Source: Octopus vulgaris (Eukaryota). Taken from it: a stretch of DNA of 64,000 nt. Positions 52,860-64,000 of the stretch are shown one piece after another. Where the stretch lies: positions 2,666,001 to 2,730,000 of the forward strand of contig OX597832.1 in assembly GCA_951406725.2 (NCBI GenBank), read 5' to 3'. The position numbers and the translations under genes are program-made. Each line of letters starts with the position of its first letter. The stretch's first letter is position 1. Under the pieces are notes generated by a model. The model was not told the origin of the DNA. It saw nothing but the letters and a program-made list of their open reading frames with translations, and ran no database searches.

Positions 52860-52943
52860 CTAGCAGTAATATCCGCCTTTGATCGGGTAATTACTTTTAC
52901 TCTTTCTTGGGAGCCACATTCAAAGTATTATTATATACATAGA
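52860..52943 (-). mobile_element. Miniature (84-bp) Helitron-like element
   Basis: Minus strand A|TCTATGTATATAATAA...CCCGATCAAAGGCGGAT...CTAG|T. Confidence 0.6.
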
Positions 52944-53362
52944 TTTACACCTCCTGTATGTGTGTATCTTATAAGAGAAAAGCATGTAATAATTGAAGTA
53001 GATCAATTTCATAAACGAACTTCTGTTTGTTTATTATATGACTATAATAAGTGAGTTGTATGTGTTATTTTATATATCAATACAGTAATGGCAATTATAA
53101 AATACACAAAGCTTTGGTCGGCGTGGAGCTGTAATGAAAGAGAATTGCTCAACATACCACACAGTGGGATTGAACCTAAGGCAACATGGCTGGAAAGCAA
53201 GCTTCTCAACTACACAGCCACACCTATAAAGGAGAAATACATTTTGGATAATACCCTCCTTGATACAATATGCTTAACTAGAAGATGAGATGTTTACAGC
53301 GAGAAGACCTTTGATTTTAATATTTACTCAAGCAACGCAACAACTAACAATGCTACACCATA

Positions 53363-53904
53363 CAGGGTGTTCCAGAATTAACTGTTTCAATGAAATTGAG
53401 CAAATTAAAAAAAAAACTGACAGTATTTTATGTTTATTAACGAAACAAATAGATTTATAAATCTTACATCACACTTTTATTGGAAATTTTCAATAATGGC
53501 GGTACCCCAGCATGGTCACAGCTCGTGTGCTGAAACTAGATAAAAAAAAAAAAAGAATGTCTGTATTCCTGTATACTTCAAATTTCTCCTTGGTGTTGTG
53601 AAATACATTTTGAAGCATTTCAGAAGTTAGTTCCTTCACTGCTAACTGAATGTGTTGTTTAAGCTCAGCTAAACGATTGCTCCATCTTGGGGGTGGAGGT
53701 AGAGAAAATAATTACTGCCGAAATGAAAAAAGCTGTCATGGACAAATAAGAGCAGTCCAACAGGAACGAAAATAAAATTATAAACAAAATTAAAATTTTA
53801 TACACTTTTAACACATATTAAACATGATAAACATAAATGAAAGTGAGTTTTAAAAAAAATGCATCCGATTTCACTCAAATCATGATTAATTCTGGGAGAC
53901 CCCG
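53363..53904 (-). mobile_element. Tc1/mariner-superfamily deletion derivative
   Basis: TA-CAGGGTGTTCCAGAATTAA ... TTAATTCTGGGAGACCCCG-TA; minus-strand LAELKQHIQLAVKELTSEMLQNVFHN transposase tail. Confidence 0.8.
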
Positions 53905-54193
53905 TATTTACTTGTATGACTAAATGGGGGAGGGAACACAGCAGGTGGTGAGAGTAGCTTCCAGAATTTTGATTAAATCAACCCAAGTGATCAATTGGTA
54001 CTTCTTTTATCAACTCTGAAAGGATGAAGGGCAAAATCAACCATGGCAGAATATGAACTCAGAGCATTAAAAAATAACACTAAGCATTTTGCTCAATATA
54101 CTAATGATTCTGCCAGCTCACTGCCCTCTTAATAATAATAGTAATAATAATGATGATGATGATAATGATAATGATAATAATAATGATAATAAT

Positions 54194-54225
<32 letters not shown>

Positions 54226-54319
54226 CCCTTTCTAGTAAAGCCACAAAGCCTAAAATTTGGGGTTAGGTGACTAGAGGATTACAATGACCCCAGTGTTTCA
54301 CTGGTACTTAATTTATCAA

Positions 54320-55215
54320 ATGGAAAATGGCCACTGCAAGAGCAATACTGGAAAATGAAACCACTGTATGGGCAATACCTCAAAGAAATTGAAGGAAAAG
54401 ACAAGATCAACATTTGGAGATGGCTAAAAAAAAGTGATCTGAAAGGATGCACTGAGGCATTGATATGTAGTGCCCAGGAACATGCTCTGAGAACTAATTA
54501 CACCAAGTTCCAGATAGATAAGAATATCGCATTGCCCCTTTGTAGGATGTGTGGCAGCAGAAACAAAACAATATCACATATTGTGAGCCAGTGTAGCAAG
54601 CTGGCCCAAAAGCACTACAAAAGGAGGTACAAAAAAGTGGCTAAGTTCATCCACTGGAGGCTATGTGAAAAGTACAGCCTGATAAGAGCATGGAAATGGT
54701 ACGAATATGAACCAGAAGGAGTCACCGAGAACAAGGAACATAAAATACCGTGGGATTTTACAATCCAATGTGACTCCCTAATCAAGACTCAGAGACCAAA
54801 TATTGTTGTGGTAGATAAAGGCAAAAAGGAAACCAAGATCAAAGATGTAGCAATACCTGGAGATGCATGCATAAGTGATAAAGAGCCAGAAAAGATTGAA
54901 AAGTACAGACTACTAAAAGATGAAATTGCAAGAATGTGGACTATGAGGAGAATGTCCAGTAGTTGTAGGGGTACTTGGAGCACTAACAATCAAGTTCGAG
55001 AAATATGCCGAAGAAATCAGAATGACATGAGAGCAGAGTAAGCCCCCAAAACTGCTCTGCTGGGGACAGCTAGGATTTTGAGATTGGTACTTGGATGTTT
55101 AATATCTCCCATGATAATTAACAACCAAGTATCAAAGCTTATAATGACAGCAGGATGCTGTCTGCTCTCACAGAATCTACCTGAACAAACAAAACTGAAA
55201 GTTCTGAGAAGTAAA
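54320..55215 (+). mobile_element. R4/Dong-like (restriction-like endonuclease) non-LTR retrotransposon, 3' fragment
   Basis: CCHC knuckle CRMCG..N.TISHIVSQC.KLAQK.YK.R; WDFTIQ; RPNIVVVDK (PD-(D/E)xK); LLGTARILR; ends in (AAT/AAC)n. Confidence 0.9.
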
Positions 55216-55264
55216 ACAATGATAACAACAATAACAACAACAACAATGATAATAATATTTAATA

Positions 55265-55757
55265 ATATTGTTGTATTTCAGGATGGTCATTTTTTTTCTT
55301 TTGCCAGATAAACACACGCACTAGATTGGTAAAAGATAGATCCTGCACTATAACCTCAATGACCAAGAAGACCCCTGAAGAGAGATGGAAAGGGTGGACC
55401 AGAGCTATGTGGACCCCCAAAACAATGATCAGGTTAAAAAGATGGTTGCACATGTAGTGGGTGCGAGTACCAAAATCACACCCAAGGGTCACATATTTAA
55501 GTTTAATAACAAGATATACACCCAAGAGGAAGGTGCAGCCATCAACATTGGTAACTTATTTCTGGTATGGTGGGATAGGAGACTCAAAGAGAAATTAGCA
55601 GAGAACTACATAACTATGTACTACTGCTATGTGGATGATATCAACATAGTAGCCAAAGCACCCCAACAAGACAGTGTTGATGATCTAAGAAAGAGAAAAT
55701 AGTGCGTATGTTTATTTGGCAAAAACAAAAAAAGACCGTCCTGAAGTACAACAATAT
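55265..55757 (+). mobile_element. Mini Penelope-like element: RT core fragment between about 58-bp inverted termini
   Basis: HIFKFNNKIYTQEEGAAI, WWD, YVDDINI; 55265-55323 is the reverse complement of 55700-55757. Confidence 0.8.
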
Positions 55758-55829
55758 CTGTTTCAACACATGGTTTCACATCAGGAATCTTGCAACACAA
55801 ATTCATAAACATGATAATAATGATAATAA

Positions 55830-57312
55830 GCTTGAAATTCTTGTACATACTATCTGCATTTTCTCAAATGATGTAGATATGGAATTTTGGAGACAAAAGT
55901 GTGCTATATTGAAAATGAAGTGAGGGAGATTTGAAAGAAGCCAGGGAATTGAAATGTCAAATGGGCCCACAATGAGAGCAGTTGAGAAAGGACAGTGATA
56001 TAAGTACTTTGGAATACTGGAAGCAGATGAGATAAAAAAGGAAGAAATGAAACAAATAACCAGTAGGAAGAACACAAGGTGGGTAAGAAAATTATTTCAG
56101 TCAAAGCTGAATTCCTAAAAAAGTCTAGTAGAGTATTTACAGAGCAGCACAGAAAAAACTGCATGGCCAATTTTGGAGAGCCACTGAAGATGTATATGGA
56201 ACAAAATCCTGGGCTTGGTTAAAAAAAGAGCAATTCAAAAAAGAGACAGAGAGCCTAATTGTAGCAGTCCAAGATCAAGCAATAGAAAGAAACAATTTGA
56301 GAAAAAATATATATGGAAAGAATGTGTCAGTAAAATATGGAACTTGGAATGAGACAGTGGCACATGTGACAGAATGCTTGAAGTTGGCACAGGAAGAATA
56401 TAGGAAATGGAGGCACAACTAGGTTATAAAAGTTTTACACTGGAAACTGTGCCAGAAATGGGGATTTTAAGCTAGAAAAAAAAAAAGAACCATCCGAACA
56501 TGGCCGTTGGCTGGCTTCCATGCCGGTGGCACATTAAAAGCTCCAACCGATCATGGCCAATGCCGGACCCCCCTGGCACCTGTGCAGGTGGCACGTAAAA
56601 AGCACTCACTACACTCGCAGAGTGGTTGGCGTTAGGAAGGGCATCCAGCTGTAGAAACTCTGCCAGATCAGACTGGAGCCTGGTGCAGCCCCTGGCTTCC
56701 CAGACCCCAGGCTTACCAGACCCCAGTCGAACCGTCCAACCCGGGATAGCGAAGAAAACGGACGTTAAACGATGATGATGATGATGATGATGAAACACAT
56801 GGTACAATTATCAAGTTGAAAGAGTACTGGAGTCAGAGAAATGCAAGATTTCTGTGGGGATTTCCTATTCAAACAGACAAGAAGTTAGAAAATAATAGAC
56901 CAGGTATTACAATCATCGATAAGGAAAAGTAAAATTGCTTACTTATCAACCCATCATGCCTATTTGATTCCAGGATGATAGAGAAAGAGGAAGAAAAACA
57001 AAGAAAATACAATCCCTGGAATTTTGAAATAGGAAGAATTTAGAGCATGTGAACAAGTAAAGGTTGTGCCTATAATAATTGGTGCATCAGGAACACTAAA
57101 CAAAAATATAGATAAATGGCTGAAGGAGAATGAAATAGAATGCCTGGTAGAGCTCCTACAGAAAGTTTGTTTCTTAGGGATAGCAAGGATTATCAGGAGG
57201 GTTCTAAGCACTTGAAAGACTGCTGAAAACTCGTGGATACCTAAGGTTACAGGTCGTAACCCACTATCCACATAAATCCTGCCAGGAATAAGACCAAACC
57301 TGAGCCAAACCA
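55830..57312 (+). mobile_element. Second decayed R4/Dong-like LINE fragment, interrupted by an RTE tail (about 56475-56792)
   Basis: FSNDVDMEF..KCA, KYFGILE, LHGQF, ETESLIVAVQDQAI, WDFPIQTDK, GIARIIRRVL; (AAT)n on both sides. Confidence 0.88.
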
Positions 57313-59140
57313 AAAATAATAATAGTAATAATAATGGTTTCAAGTTTTGGTATAAGGCCAGCAATTTTGGGAGAGGGTTAATTTGATTAGATCAATCCCA
57401 GTGCTCAATTGGTACTAATTTAATCAATTCCAATAGGATGAAAGGCAGTCAATGTTGGCAGAATTTGAACTCAGAATATTAAGACAGACAAAATGCCAAC
57501 AACAACAACAATGTGTCAGTATGGCTGCTGTCCAATGGCTGAAACCAATAAAAGAACAAAAGAATATAATATATGTTTTTCTTCTTAAAATATGACTAAA
57601 ACTTGATCAAATCTTCAATTGCAGAATTGAAATTTGTTCTAAAATCAAGCTAGGTTTTTGCAAGAGCATCATCAAAGCTGACATCTAGTTAAAAGTTTTG
57701 ACAAAGTCATTATACTGTCAAGTACTAAATGACTTCTCAGTACAATATTTGTATCAATTTCCAAGTATTTAGATGTAAATCAACAATGTTAAATATGTTT
57801 TATTTCTTCTGACATATAAAGTAATTTTCCTGTTAGACATACAGTGGTTAAAAACAAAATCGAAAGATATTTCATTAAAGCAATTTAAAACTATTGCAAT
57901 ACTAGGAAAGGAAAGAAGAAAGAAAGAAAGAGACAAAGAAAAAAGAGATATTTTAAAAATGAAAAAATTCAAGAAAAATTTTTTAAAATGAGTAAGAGTA
58001 AATAGCATAAGAGAAAAAAATGAGAAAGTAGAAAAACAGGAAGGAAATGGAAGTAGTGGAAATGTAAAGACAATAGCAGTGCAATGGGGAAAGAAGGAGT
58101 AAATTATAAGGAGGGTGGGGGAAATGAAACAGAAGTTTGTGGGTTTAGAAAACATATATGGGAGAGAGAATAGGTAAGAACAGAGGAAAACTCTTTTGCT
58201 GGTTAATTATGTGAAGGTCATCTGTAAAAGTAATCTACAAATGGAATTGCTGATAGTATAATAGATAGACTTGATAGAATTGGAATAAATGTTTATAGGG
58301 TTGTAATGAAAGTTAGAACCAGAAAGTTCTGTTTTTTCAAGGGAGCAGTAGATAACTAGAGTAAAATATATTTGATTTTGAACTTTGGTTGATGAAGTTC
58401 TGGAAATGGAGGTTGTATTGAAAATTTTAATGTAAATGGAACCAATTTGATTTTATTTGGCTGGAATATTATTTAACTAGCTCAAGTTGTATTCCCAGTT
58501 AACAGAATTCTTAGAAGCAGATGAAAAGCATCAAGTAAAGGAATTGTTAGATCCAGGATTTCTGCATATTTTCATAAAAAAAAAGAGATTAACAAGTAAC
58601 TTATATTGCAAAATGATGGGCTTTTAGTACTATACATTCATATGAGATGCTTTCTCAAGATGAATACCACAGCATTGTGGCTTTCGTACAATGTCTTCAT
58701 TAAGTAAGATACAACTCTCCGCCCGTCTCTCTCACTCTCTCTCTCTCTCTATATATATATGTAGTAAGAAGTTTGCTTCACAACTACATGGTTTCAGTTT
58801 AGTCCCACTGCATGGAACCGTGTGTAAATATTTTCTACTATAGCCTCAGGCCAACCAAAACCTTATGAGTGGATTTGATAGATGGAAACTGAAAGAAGCC
58901 TATTATATATATATATATATCATTGTGTGTGTGTGTGTCCCCACCACCACTTCACAACTGGTGTTGGTGTATTTATATCCCTGTAACCAAGCAGTTCAGC
59001 AAAACAGACTGATATAATAAATAGCAGGGTTAAGAAAAATTCTGGGGTTGATTCATTCAACTAAAATTCTTCAAGTATTGTCCGAGCATGGTTACAATCT
59101 AATAACTGAAACAAATAAAAGATAAAAGATAAATATATAT

Positions 59141-59218
<78 letters not shown>

Positions 59219-59844
59219 TGAGTGTTAAATAAGTCTGTGTGGAAAGAGGTTGTTCTTTAACTAGGGATATTTATCCAAGCAGACACTGGTTTAGCTCCAT
59301 ATCAATTAATGATACTAGAAATTCCATATGTGCATATGTACTAATGCTTATCGCTGGTTCTTCTCTGATATTAGCACCTTATTCTTACCTTCATCAGGGC
59401 AAAAATTGATTGTTATCAAGGTAAAAATTGACTGTTATTTTTTTATACATCCTAACAGATGGACAGTTCATTCCAAATGAATTGTAGCCTGTGTGTCTTG
59501 GATTCTGCTCTAAAAATAGCTAGAGGTTGATTTTGATCTCACTGGACAAGGGATAAGCATAGTTCACCACTTCTTAGTGGTGTAAACCAGCTTTTTACAA
59601 GCTGATCATTTATCCTTATCTCTATTCAGTATGTCTGTAAGCATATTCCTCATTAACTATATTGGTTTATAGACCTCCCCATTACCATTTGTACTATCTA
59701 TCATGTTAACAATCTTTATTTATATGTTTTTATTTATTGGTAAAAAATATAAATGTAGGTGCATACTTATTTGCTACCTACTTATTTATTTCCTTGTTTA
59801 TTCGTTTTGTATATTAGTTGTCCTTAATATAAATTATTTATTTA

Positions 59845-61545
59845 GATATATTAGTTGATAGTTTGGGTTCTAACTTATACTTGTCTCTTTAATTAATGGT
59901 ATAGAAGTATGATTCTTATTTAGCATATACACAGTGTTTATTTTTACCTAAAATTATTTAAATACAAAGAAAGTATATTTAACTTTAGGAACTTAGGTAT
60001 TATTGTATTATTCATACAGTTGTAGCAATATTGTTTTCTTCATTTCTATCTTCACTGTTTGAGAAAAATATTAAGAATGATCTCGTTTGAGATTACAAAC
60101 ATCTTTGGCTAGTTTAACATTGTTGTGTCCACTATTTTGATTGGTTGGCATCTAAGCGCAGTCTGTCTCTCTACTTATTTCGCGCTACTGGCCAAAGCCA
60201 ACTAATCACAGCCTTTGGTTAAGGTCCCATTTCCTAGGCTCTGTTGAGCCACCTTACTTGTATATAAGGGAGTGTTTTCAGTATACTTGCGTCTTTGGTT
60301 CTAGTCCTTATAAGGGCTAACCTCTGACCACAGAGCTACTCAACATGTTCCAGTCACAGCGACAGACGATCAGCCACGATGACGCCAATGTACACCCGCA
60401 ACAGAAAACCAATTTCTATCTCCGCCGCCGTCGTCACCATCATTGTACCAACATCGTCTCCATCTACGAAGATTCAACTTGTACACGACAAGATAAATAC
60501 AGATTCAACTCATGCTGTTAGTGTGAAAATCTCACCACGGAAAAACAGTTGCAGTATATATATCTGAAAGAATATCTATATCAAGAGAAAAATAACCAAG
60601 CAAAACAAGATATGAAGATGCTATAGTAAACCAAGCGACAGACATAACGTCATCGCCTACATCGTCTCTATCTACGAAGATTTAACTAGTACACAAGATA
60701 ACTACTGATTCAACTCATGCTGTTAGGTGAAAATCTCACCATGGAAAAACAGTTGCAGTATATATATCTGAAAGAATATCTATATCAAGAGAAAGATAAG
60801 CACAACAAGTGATTCAACTAATCTCAGCTCCAAGACACAACATCTTGATATTGAACTCTTACACTTCGTGTACCTCATGAACAGTAAATCAATTCCCATC
60901 ATTAATTCTATGCTCTGTACCTACTATGTCACACGCTTTCACCTTTATTGTATCTGTCACACACATGCACACACACACTTGCTAGCACTCACAACCTTCT
61001 AACATTAACACCATTGTAAATAAAATCTTATCTTCTCTCAAGTGGTGGAACGGCTTTGTCATCAATTCACCTATGTTCTTTTGGTATTGCATTGTATTTA
61101 TGGCTTATAATAATTCGTTAAGAATATGACCACGTGTGATCGCATTCCCTACACAATGCGACCACGTGAGTTCATATTTCTTACACAGTATTTATTTAGA
61201 TTAAATTTATTTAAATTCAATAAATATATATTTTAAAAACTTTATGAGCAGACAAAAAGTCCCTTTGTCCTCTTATTATTAGTATAGTTTATTTATATAT
61301 ATTAGTTGATAGCTTGGGTTCCTACATTATTTGTTAATTTAATTAATAGTGTAGAAGCACAATTCTTAGGTAGCATATACATGGTGTTTAATTTTTAACT
61401 AAAATTATTTAAATTCAACAAAAGTATATTTAACTTAAAGAATTATTCTTATGTGTAATTGCATTATTCACACAGTTTCTATTTAATTCTTTTCATTTCA
61501 ATTTATTTGAATTTATTAAATGTATATTTAACCCTATGAACACAA
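59845..61545 (+). repeat. Diverged AT-rich tandem duplication (about 59845-60020 plus 61190-61250 versus about 61300-61545); first copy interrupted by the LTR
   Basis: Shared ATATTAGTTGATAG.TTGGGTTC ... TAGCATATAC ... AAAATTATTTAAAT ... AAGTATATTTAACTT ... ATTATTCA.ACAGT. Confidence 0.8.
60021..61185 (+). mobile_element. Solo LTR (Ty3/Gypsy-like)
   Basis: TGTA...TACA ends; 4-bp TSD CAGT (60017-60020, 61186-61189); TATATAAG at about 60261; AATAAA at about 61019. Confidence 0.85.
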
Positions 61546-62889
61546 CAAAAACCTCTTACTTTTTTGTTTAATAATTTGTGTTTTGAGAGAGAGAGAAAGA
61601 GAGAGAGAGAGATACATACATACATAAAAAAATGCATACATGCATATATAACCATTATCATCATATGATCATCATTACTATGACCATGGCAATGATGATG
61701 ACCATCACCATTGTCATCATCAGCATTGCCATTATTTTAAGTCTACTTTCCATGCTGGCATGGGTTTGAGGAGTCATTTCTGTTCTCATGGATGGTGAGG
61801 TGTCTCAAACTAGGGGATTCTTAGTTAGCTAATATAGTGATAATGCAATATTAGTGTTAGATTCCCAGATTGCCAATTCCACATGATATCATCAATTTTT
61901 AGATATTTCTATGGAATAGTTTTCAGTTAATGGCTTTTAATTTGATATGCATGTATTTTAATGCACTCTAGGTGTAGAGATTAGGTATAAACACTGTTTA
62001 TTCTCCCTATGCTAGGGCTGACAGGATGAAGAGAGTTAAACAAAGGATTTTTGTACTTTTGTCTGTGGTTGAGATAAATAACATAGATGTTATGTGAGAA
62101 TCAATGAGATTGATGGAGACTGAAACAAATCTGTGAAATTTATATGTATCAAAATTATTTAATATGTATACACAATTTCTAGGATTAATGCAGAGACACT
62201 TTTTCAGATTCTACTCCATAAATTTGTTACCTGTTACTAATTTTATATGCTTACCTGAAAATTAAAGGCTAAATATGACTTCTGATCTATGTCCAACAAA
62301 TTTCTTATTTTAAGAAGAGTATTGTAATTTGCTTGAAGCATTATGATACAGAAGTAAAATAAAAAGTAATGAAGATGGAGAGTTTCTAAGAATGCAAAAA
62401 GGATAAGTTGAGTAACTTTTATATATTTCAGGCCCTCTCTGTTGGCAATCAAAATGGCCGTACCAACAAAATCTTACATTTCTAAACCATTCACTTTTTA
62501 TGATGGGCCTTTGCATCTCTCCCTTTTTGCATTGTTAGAAGTTTTCTGTCTTCATTATTTGCTATTTTACTCCTTAAGTTGAACCCAGATCAAATTGATA
62601 ACATCAGTTTACAATGATATTCCAAACTTAAATCGTTATAAATGTGAATATTCATCATGTTGTGAGAAGGCACAAACCCTTATTGTATACTTTATCAGCC
62701 ATTGGCCATTTACTAATCAGTCTTTTTTGATGCTCACACATACATGCAAACACACACACATAGAACCACAGTTTCTTGCATAGGTTTGAAAACTTATATA
62801 TAGGAGGTGGAATGGGAAATAGTGACATAAATGTTTTTTTCCCAAAAGGCTTATGCTATTAGTGAAGCAGATCAAACTGAGAGACAAAA

Positions 62890-63830
62890 TCATCATCGTC
62901 ATTTAACGTTGTTGTCCATGCGGGCATGGTTTGGATGGTTTGGCTGGGCTGGCACACTGGAAGGTTGCACCAGGCTCCAGTCTGATTTGGCATGGTTTTC
63001 TATGGTTGGATGCCCTTCCTAACACCAATCACCCTGAGATTGTAATGGGTACTTTTACATGTCACTGGCACAGGTGCCATTTGCATGACACTGTTATCTG
63101 TCACAACTGCGATTTTGCTCAGCTTGATGGGTCTTCTTCTTAAGCACAACATTATACCAAAGGTCTTGGTCATTGCCACCATGAGGCCCAACACTCAAAA
63201 GGAGCTTGGCTACTTTGCCTCCATGAGGCCCAACGCTTGAAAGGAACTCAGCTACCTCACCTCTGTGAGGCCCGCTAAAAAGGAATTCAGCCACCTTGCC
63301 TCCGTGAGGCCCAACACTTGAAAGGAACTCAGCCACTATGTCTCCATGAGGTCTAACGCTCAAAAGGAACTCAGCCACCTTGCCTCCATGAGGCCCAACA
63401 CTTGAAAGGTACTCAGCAATTTTGCCTCCATGAGGCCCAACATTTAACGGTTGACTTTTTTTTACATGCCACCAGCATCGGTGCACTTGGCTCGATGGAT
63501 CCTCTTAAGCAGAGCACATCACCAAAGGTCTTGGTCACTAGTCATTGCCTCTGTGAGGTTCAAGGTTTGAAGGTCATGCTTCACCACCTTGTCCCATGTC
63601 TTCCTGGGGTCTGCCTCTGCCACAGGTTCCCTCCAACAGCTAGAGATTGGCACTTCTTTATACAATTCATCCATACGCATCACATGCTCATAGCAGCACA
63701 GTTGTCTGTCTTGCACCATACTTAATTGTATATTTGATCCCCACAAAACTTAGTAATCCTTACATCCACTTTAACAGTGAAAACATTTTAAGGGATGTTC
63801 AGTCACTGAGGCACCATGAAAGATTACATC
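62890..63830 (-). mobile_element. 3' fragment of RTE LINE with expanded 42-bp tandem array
   Basis: RL.WYGHVMRMD and PRKTWDKVVKHDL C-terminal motifs; same 3' tail as other copies. Confidence 0.88.
63176..63442. repeat. 42-bp minisatellite, about 6 units; inverse-orientation array of about 4 units at 38780-38927
   Basis: Unit AAGGAACTCAGCCACYTTGCCTCCATGAGGCCCAACACTTGA. Confidence 0.9.
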
Positions 63831-64000
63831 AGCAATGATTTGAAAGATGAGGCTCAGAGTAGTTTCTAGATGTCTCCAGGATTTTTATTGGAAGTTAAAG
63901 AAATTGTATCAATTAAACAGTAAAACCTTGGCTTACATCAATGAACTGTGTCTCGTCAAGTTTACTGTTAAGTTAATCAAATCACTGAGAAATAATATTT

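Noticed and set aside
58150-58580. Possible ancient minus-strand PLE endonuclease remnants (also about 29230-29600)
   Set aside because: Too decayed to support by eye; needs a translated HMM search.
63094-63486. 14-aa repeat protein or CRISPR-like array
   Set aside because: Contiguous 42-bp tandem units with no unique spacers, inside an RTE 3' end; no cas genes.

Overview
AT-rich, repeat-dense eukaryotic genomic DNA. The SINE, RTE and Penelope-like repeat content and the microsatellites resemble an octopus (coleoid cephalopod) genome; this is an inference. One host gene is reconstructable: the 5' six coding exons of a KRI1 homolog (40S ribosome biogenesis) on the minus strand, from the ATG at 21434 running off the left edge. 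The rest is transposon-derived: RTE LINEs with a PHD finger, R4/Dong-like LINE fragments, several Penelope-like elements (PLEs) with hammerhead-ribozyme motifs, three tRNA-SINE families, piggyBac, mariner, Tc1 and Tigger relics, Helitrons, GG-ended foldback MITEs with 8-bp target duplications, and a solo LTR. Most ORFs in the supplied track are spurious (microsatellite or antisense TE). The most notable observations are a minimal hammerhead with a compensated U3-A8 core, a mini-PLE bounded by inverted termini, a twin-priming-like inversion in a PLE, a 766-bp palindrome just upstream of KRI1, and a short KRI1 N-terminus. All calls were read by eye; repeat boundaries without a TSD are approximate.
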